From Camelus ferus (Eukaryota), in contig NC_045696.1 in NCBI RefSeq assembly GCF_009834535.1, forward strand, positions 109,556,001 through 109,620,000: a stretch of DNA of 64,000 nucleotides. The letters are read 5' to 3'. This document shows positions 60,115-64,000 of this stretch, one piece after another. Under the pieces are notes generated by a model. It made no database searches. It was given only the letters and a program-made list of their open reading frames with translations, and had not been told where the DNA came from. The position numbers and the translations under genes were made by a program. Every line of letters begins with the position of its first letter. Within the stretch, counting starts at the first letter, position 1.

Positions 60115-60337
60115 TTCAACTATATTTTTTGTTAGTTTTTCGTACTTACTTTTCTTAGCAGTTTTTAAAATAGATTTGTTTACTTTATTTTTATTTTATT
60201 TATTTTTTGAAGGCGGAGGTGATTAGGTTTATTTATTTATTTCCTTATTCTTTTAACGGAGGTACTGGGGATTGGACCCAGGACCCGGGGCATGCTCAGC
60301 ATGCCCTCTACCACTGAACTATATCCTCCTCCTCCCC
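60115..60337 (-). mobile_element. tRNA-Ala-derived SINE (vic-1-like) with a long mixed A-rich tail
   Basis: Minus strand reads GGATATAGTTCAGTGGTAGAGGGCATGCTGAGCATG...GGTCCAATCCCCAGTACCTCC...AAACCTAATCACCTCC. TSD core GCCTTCATTG at 60103-60112 and 60340-60349. Confidence 0.85.
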
Positions 60338-60695
60338 TCGCCTTCATTGTTGAAGGAACTTTTCACTGGCTGTGGAATTCTAGGTTGACATGATGGTGAT
60401 GGTGGTGGTGGTGGTAGTTTTAGAACTTTAAGGATACTGTTGCATTGTCTTCTGTCCTGAGCTGTTTCCGAAGGGAAATCAGTCCTCGTTCCTGTCATTG
60501 TTCCTTTGTTTGTATTGTGTCTTTCTGTTTCCTAACCGCTGTTAAGGTTTTCTCTGTATCTTTAGTTTTCAGTAGTTTGACAGTGACTTATGTAGGTGTG
60601 ATTTTCTTTGTCTGTATCTTGTTTTCGGTTCCCTGAGCTTGGAGCTGTGGGTTGATGTTTCTAATCAAATTGAGAAAATATTTGGCCACTAGTTT

Positions 60696-60836
60696 TGGGG
60701 GGTGGGGTGGGGGGAGAGGTAATTAGGCTTATTTATTTATTTGTTTGTTTGTTTTAATGGAGGCACTGGGGATTGAATCCAGGACCTCAGGCATGCTAAG
60801 CACACATTCTACCACTGAGCTATACCCTCCACCTCC
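60696..60836 (-). mobile_element. tRNA-Ala-derived SINE (vic-1-like)
   Basis: Minus strand reads GGGTATAGCTCAGTGGTAGAATGTGTGCTTAGCATGCCTGAGGTCCTGGATTCAATCCCCAGTGCCTCC...AGCCTAATTACCTC. Confidence 0.85.
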
Positions 60837-60856
60837 TTTTTTTGTTTGTTTTTAAT

Positions 60857-61020
60857 TTCTTTCTTCCTTCCTTCCTTCCTTCCTTCCTTCCTTCCTTCCT
60901 TCCTTCCTTTTCCTTCCTTCCTTCCTTTTCCTTCCTTCCTTTCTTCCGTTCTTTCTTCCTTTCTTCCTTTCTTTCTTTCTTTCTTCCTTCCTTCCTTCCT
61001 TCCTTCCCTTTTTCTTTTTT
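60857..61020. repeat. (TTCC)n/(TTTC)n polypyrimidine microsatellite
   Basis: Direct reading; about 160 bp of almost pure pyrimidine. Confidence 0.95.
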
Positions 61021-62559
61021 GCCACTAGCTTTAAAAACACTTTTTTTGCTAATTCTGTTTTTACTCTCTTTCTAAAACCCCAACTACATGTTTATCAGGT
61101 CATTTTATATCATCCTAGAAGTTCTGTTCATTTTTATTGCATCCTTTTTAAAATCTGTGCTTCAGTTTGAACAGTTTCTTCTGGCCTGTCTTCAAGTCCA
61201 CTGTCCTTTCCTCTGAAGTGTCCTAGCTGCTGTTATTCAAATCTAGTGAATTTTCATTTCATATATTGTTTTTTTTGTGTTCAGATTTCTGAGTCCTTCG
61301 TCTTTATATATCTCTTGAAATTTACCCATCATACTCTTTTCCTTTATATTTTTAACACACTTATAACAAAGTCTTTGTCTGCCAGTCCAACATATGAGTC
61401 ACCTGGGGATCTGCTTCTGCTGAGTTTTTTCTTGATTATGGCTTGAATTTCCTGCTTCTTTATGTTTAGTCCTTTATTATTGTGTCCACTGACATTGTGA
61501 ATAATAAATTCTAGAGATTCTTGGATTCTGTTACCATCCTCTGAAGAGTGTTGAGTTTTATTTTAATAGGTAATTAGGTTATAGGCAGCCATTCTCTTTT
61601 TGTTTTTTGTGTTTTTTTTTTTTTTTTTTTTTTTGGAAAGGGTTTACTTACCATGTTTAAACTTTGTTAAGATAGGTCTCTTTGGGTTTTTCCCTTAGTC
61701 CTCTGATGTAGCCCTTCCTTAGTCCTGAGATGATGAGCTTTCTCCCAAGGCTGGCTCTTCTGGGATTCTAATGAAAAGCCTGAGTTGTTTACCAAGTCCT
61801 TCTAACTTGGTGAGACTAGAAAGCTACTTTGGGGAAAAATTGGTTAAATGTAGGATCTCACTGAGTTCTCTTCTCTTCCTTTAGAGATTGTGACCCCTCC
61901 ATTTTCTGCCTGTTTTTGGTCAGTTTTGCAAATTGTTATTTCTTGTATTTGTCCAGAGTTGATAATAGTTATCTGGGGGAGGGTTAGTTTGATGCCAGCT
62001 TACTTAGCCATTATTGGAAGTAAAACTTGGGAAGATGTTTTTGAGCAGAGCTGATGGCTCAGCCATATCCAAGGACAGTGGCTCTGCTTTGGCACCTGTC
62101 TATATACATGTGGGAAGGTCTGTAGTGGCTCAGGAGCCTGGGTGGGTGGGGAGAGTGGCCAGAACAGGTCTGAGGGAGTGGGGAGTTAAGGAACCAGGTG
62201 TTTCTCTGGTGTAGAAGAAGCATGAGAATGGGAATAAAGGTGGGAGAGAGCTGAAGCGATAGGAAGTTGACCTTAAATTCCTCATCACCACTGATTTGGT
62301 CAGGCTATTGTGAGGGGTAATAAAGTACGTGTGTGTCCAGTAAATGGTGTTTATGATTACGGAGACCACTGGGCTGAGCTTTATTAGGGCTTGATCCAAA
62401 TGGCACAGTCTTTGTCTTAGCATCTGGTGATTTCTCTGTCCTCCGTGGAAGCACACATGATGTGAAATGAGTCGTCATTGTTACATCATCATCAAGAACA
62501 CGATCAGGAACCCCTGCTGCCTACCGTTGAGGGTCATGTTTCTCTGTGCTTGTTTGCTC

Positions 62560-63010
62560 TATCAGGTTAGAGTTAGGCTACGTTAAAAGAAACCCAAAAT
62601 AACAGTGGCTTAAGCAAGGTAGAAGTTCAGTTGTCTGTCGCACAGAGTCTGGGTGTGAGCAGTCCAAGGCTGGTGAGGAGGCTCTACCGGGCAGGAACTC
62701 AGGCTTCCTGTCTCGTGCATCTGTCATCTGAATGGGCCAATGTGATTTATTATCACCTGTCTTCATTCCAAGTGGTGGGAAAGGGAAAGGGGCAACTGTG
62801 GGTACTTCCCCATGTCCCCAGGAAGGACCCATCCTAGAAGATGCATATGTCACCTTCACATCCCATTGATCAGAACTTGGCCATCCAGCTACAAGGGAAG
62901 CTGGGAAATACCATCTTTATTTGGGGCAGCCAGGAGTCCATCTACACATTCAGAGTCCTATTACTGTAGAAAAGGAGACTGCATGTTGGGGGACAGCCAG
63001 CAGTCCCTGC
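62560..63010 (-). mobile_element. Old MaLR LTR (MLT1I/J-like)
   Basis: AAACCCAAAATAACAGTGGCTTAAGCAAGGTAGAAG...CACATCCCATTGATCAGAACT...AGCTACAAGGGAAGCTGGGAAAT. Confidence 0.65.
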
Positions 63011-63754
63011 TACCAAACCTCAGCTCATGCACCTGCTTTTTAGTTCAGGGGTCACTTTGCAGAAGGAGCCTGGCCCTCCCTGGGGAGCCCCTGAGCACTG
63101 GAGTTGAGACATGTCCACCTGCTCTGTACATTTCTCCTTGTGGATATCAGCAGACAAGGACTGTTGCTCTAACATATACCAATAAATGAATATTGTGTGA
63201 CTATTAAGGAACAAGGCTCAGTCCACAAGCTGCTCATTAATTCGAGACTTATTCCCCAGTGGCTACACCATGCGGGGAGGGTGTGCAAAGCTGGGGTTGA
63301 AAGAGCCCAAGTGATGCCAAGATTTTAACGCCGATCCTCCCAGCTCTACCACTGATTGGCAGAGTCACACAGGCATGTGCTTTAACTTTCCTGGTCTCCA
63401 AAGTAGGGGCCTGGGTTGTGTCTAACGTGTTTGCTTAGCATACATGTTCTAGAATTGTATGATTCCTTGACACTCCCCATCTTTGCTTTAAGGCCAGCTT
63501 CCAGGAGGACGCAGCCACCTTAACTCCTTTGTGGAAGGGGTGGGAGTGGGGGGTACATGCATGTGCATACAGTCATCTGGGGGGCCTGCGGACATGGCTT
63601 TCTCTGTTTCCTTGGGCTTCCCTGGCTGTGGCTTTGTAGTCCGAAGTCACTGTGCAATTTTCCATTCAATTAAGCTTACTTTTTAAACTTTGTTTTTCTT
63701 TTAAAATATTTCTGGAACTATTATATGTTCATTGTAGAAAACAGAGAAAAGTAT

Positions 63755-63795
63755 AAACCCAATTACCTCCCCTTGCAAAAAAAAAAAAAGAAAAA
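63755..63795 (+). mobile_element. Severely 5'-truncated vic-1-like SINE (3' tail only) with a 19-bp TSD
   Basis: AAACCCAATTACCTCCCC plus poly(A), flanked by AGAAAACAGAGAAAAGTAT (63736-63754) and AGAAAACAGATAAAAGTAT (63796-63814). Confidence 0.75.
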
Positions 63796-64000
63796 AGAAA
63801 ACAGATAAAAGTATGATGAAGGAAGCAAAAAAATCACCCACCCACCAGTACTCAGAGACTGGCTCTGTTAAGGCCTCAGTGTATTCCCTACACTTCAACG
63901 TCTAAGAAAATATGAAAAATACTTATAAAAAAATGTCCACTTCAGTTAATCAAATTGGGGTCACACTGCATGATGTTTTGTAACCTGCTTTTTTTCACCT

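Larger units (their letters stand above)
59990..62025 (-). mobile_element. Old L1M fragment hosting two SINEs and a TTCC repeat
   Basis: Antisense L1 motifs GCCTTCATTGTTGAAGG...GAATTCTAGGTTGAC...TTTAGTTTTCAGTAGTTTGAC...CTGTCTTCAAGTCCACTG. Confidence 0.65.

Noticed and set aside
48755..64000. RAB6B exon 3 (ATIGIDFLSKTMYLEDRT-like)
   Set aside because: No matching sequence seen; it probably lies beyond the window end.
1..64000. CRISPR arrays, operons or prokaryotic defence systems
   Set aside because: The sequence is clearly mammalian (spliced genes, L1/SINE/MaLR repeats). The short tandem repeats have no unique spacers.

Overview
This is mammalian genomic DNA, most likely camelid: it carries tRNA-Ala-derived SINEs of the vic-1 type and young artiodactyl-style L1 3' ends. 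The window starts inside the last coding exon of SLCO2A1 (prostaglandin transporter, + strand, stop at 109-111). About 21 kb of 3'UTR and intergenic sequence follows, then the CpG-island promoter, coding exon 1 (21365-21434) and exon 2 (48696-48754) of RAB6B on the + strand; exon 3 was not found and probably lies beyond the window. Nearly all other ORFs in the track are GC-rich noise or transposon relics (L1, L2, MIR, MaLR/ERV LTRs, hAT MITEs). I found no new multi-gene system. The best second-look items are: (1) a 1.08-kb L1 that keeps both termini and a TSD but has lost its interior; (2) a ~290-bp palindrome in RAB6B intron 2 with four perfect octamer motifs; (3) a frameshifted region resembling human C3orf36; (4) a convergent CTCF motif pair around the RAB6B promoter; (5) tandem duplications that multiply GAS and kappaB motifs in intron 1. 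Repeat family names and boundaries come from recognition by eye and are approximate.
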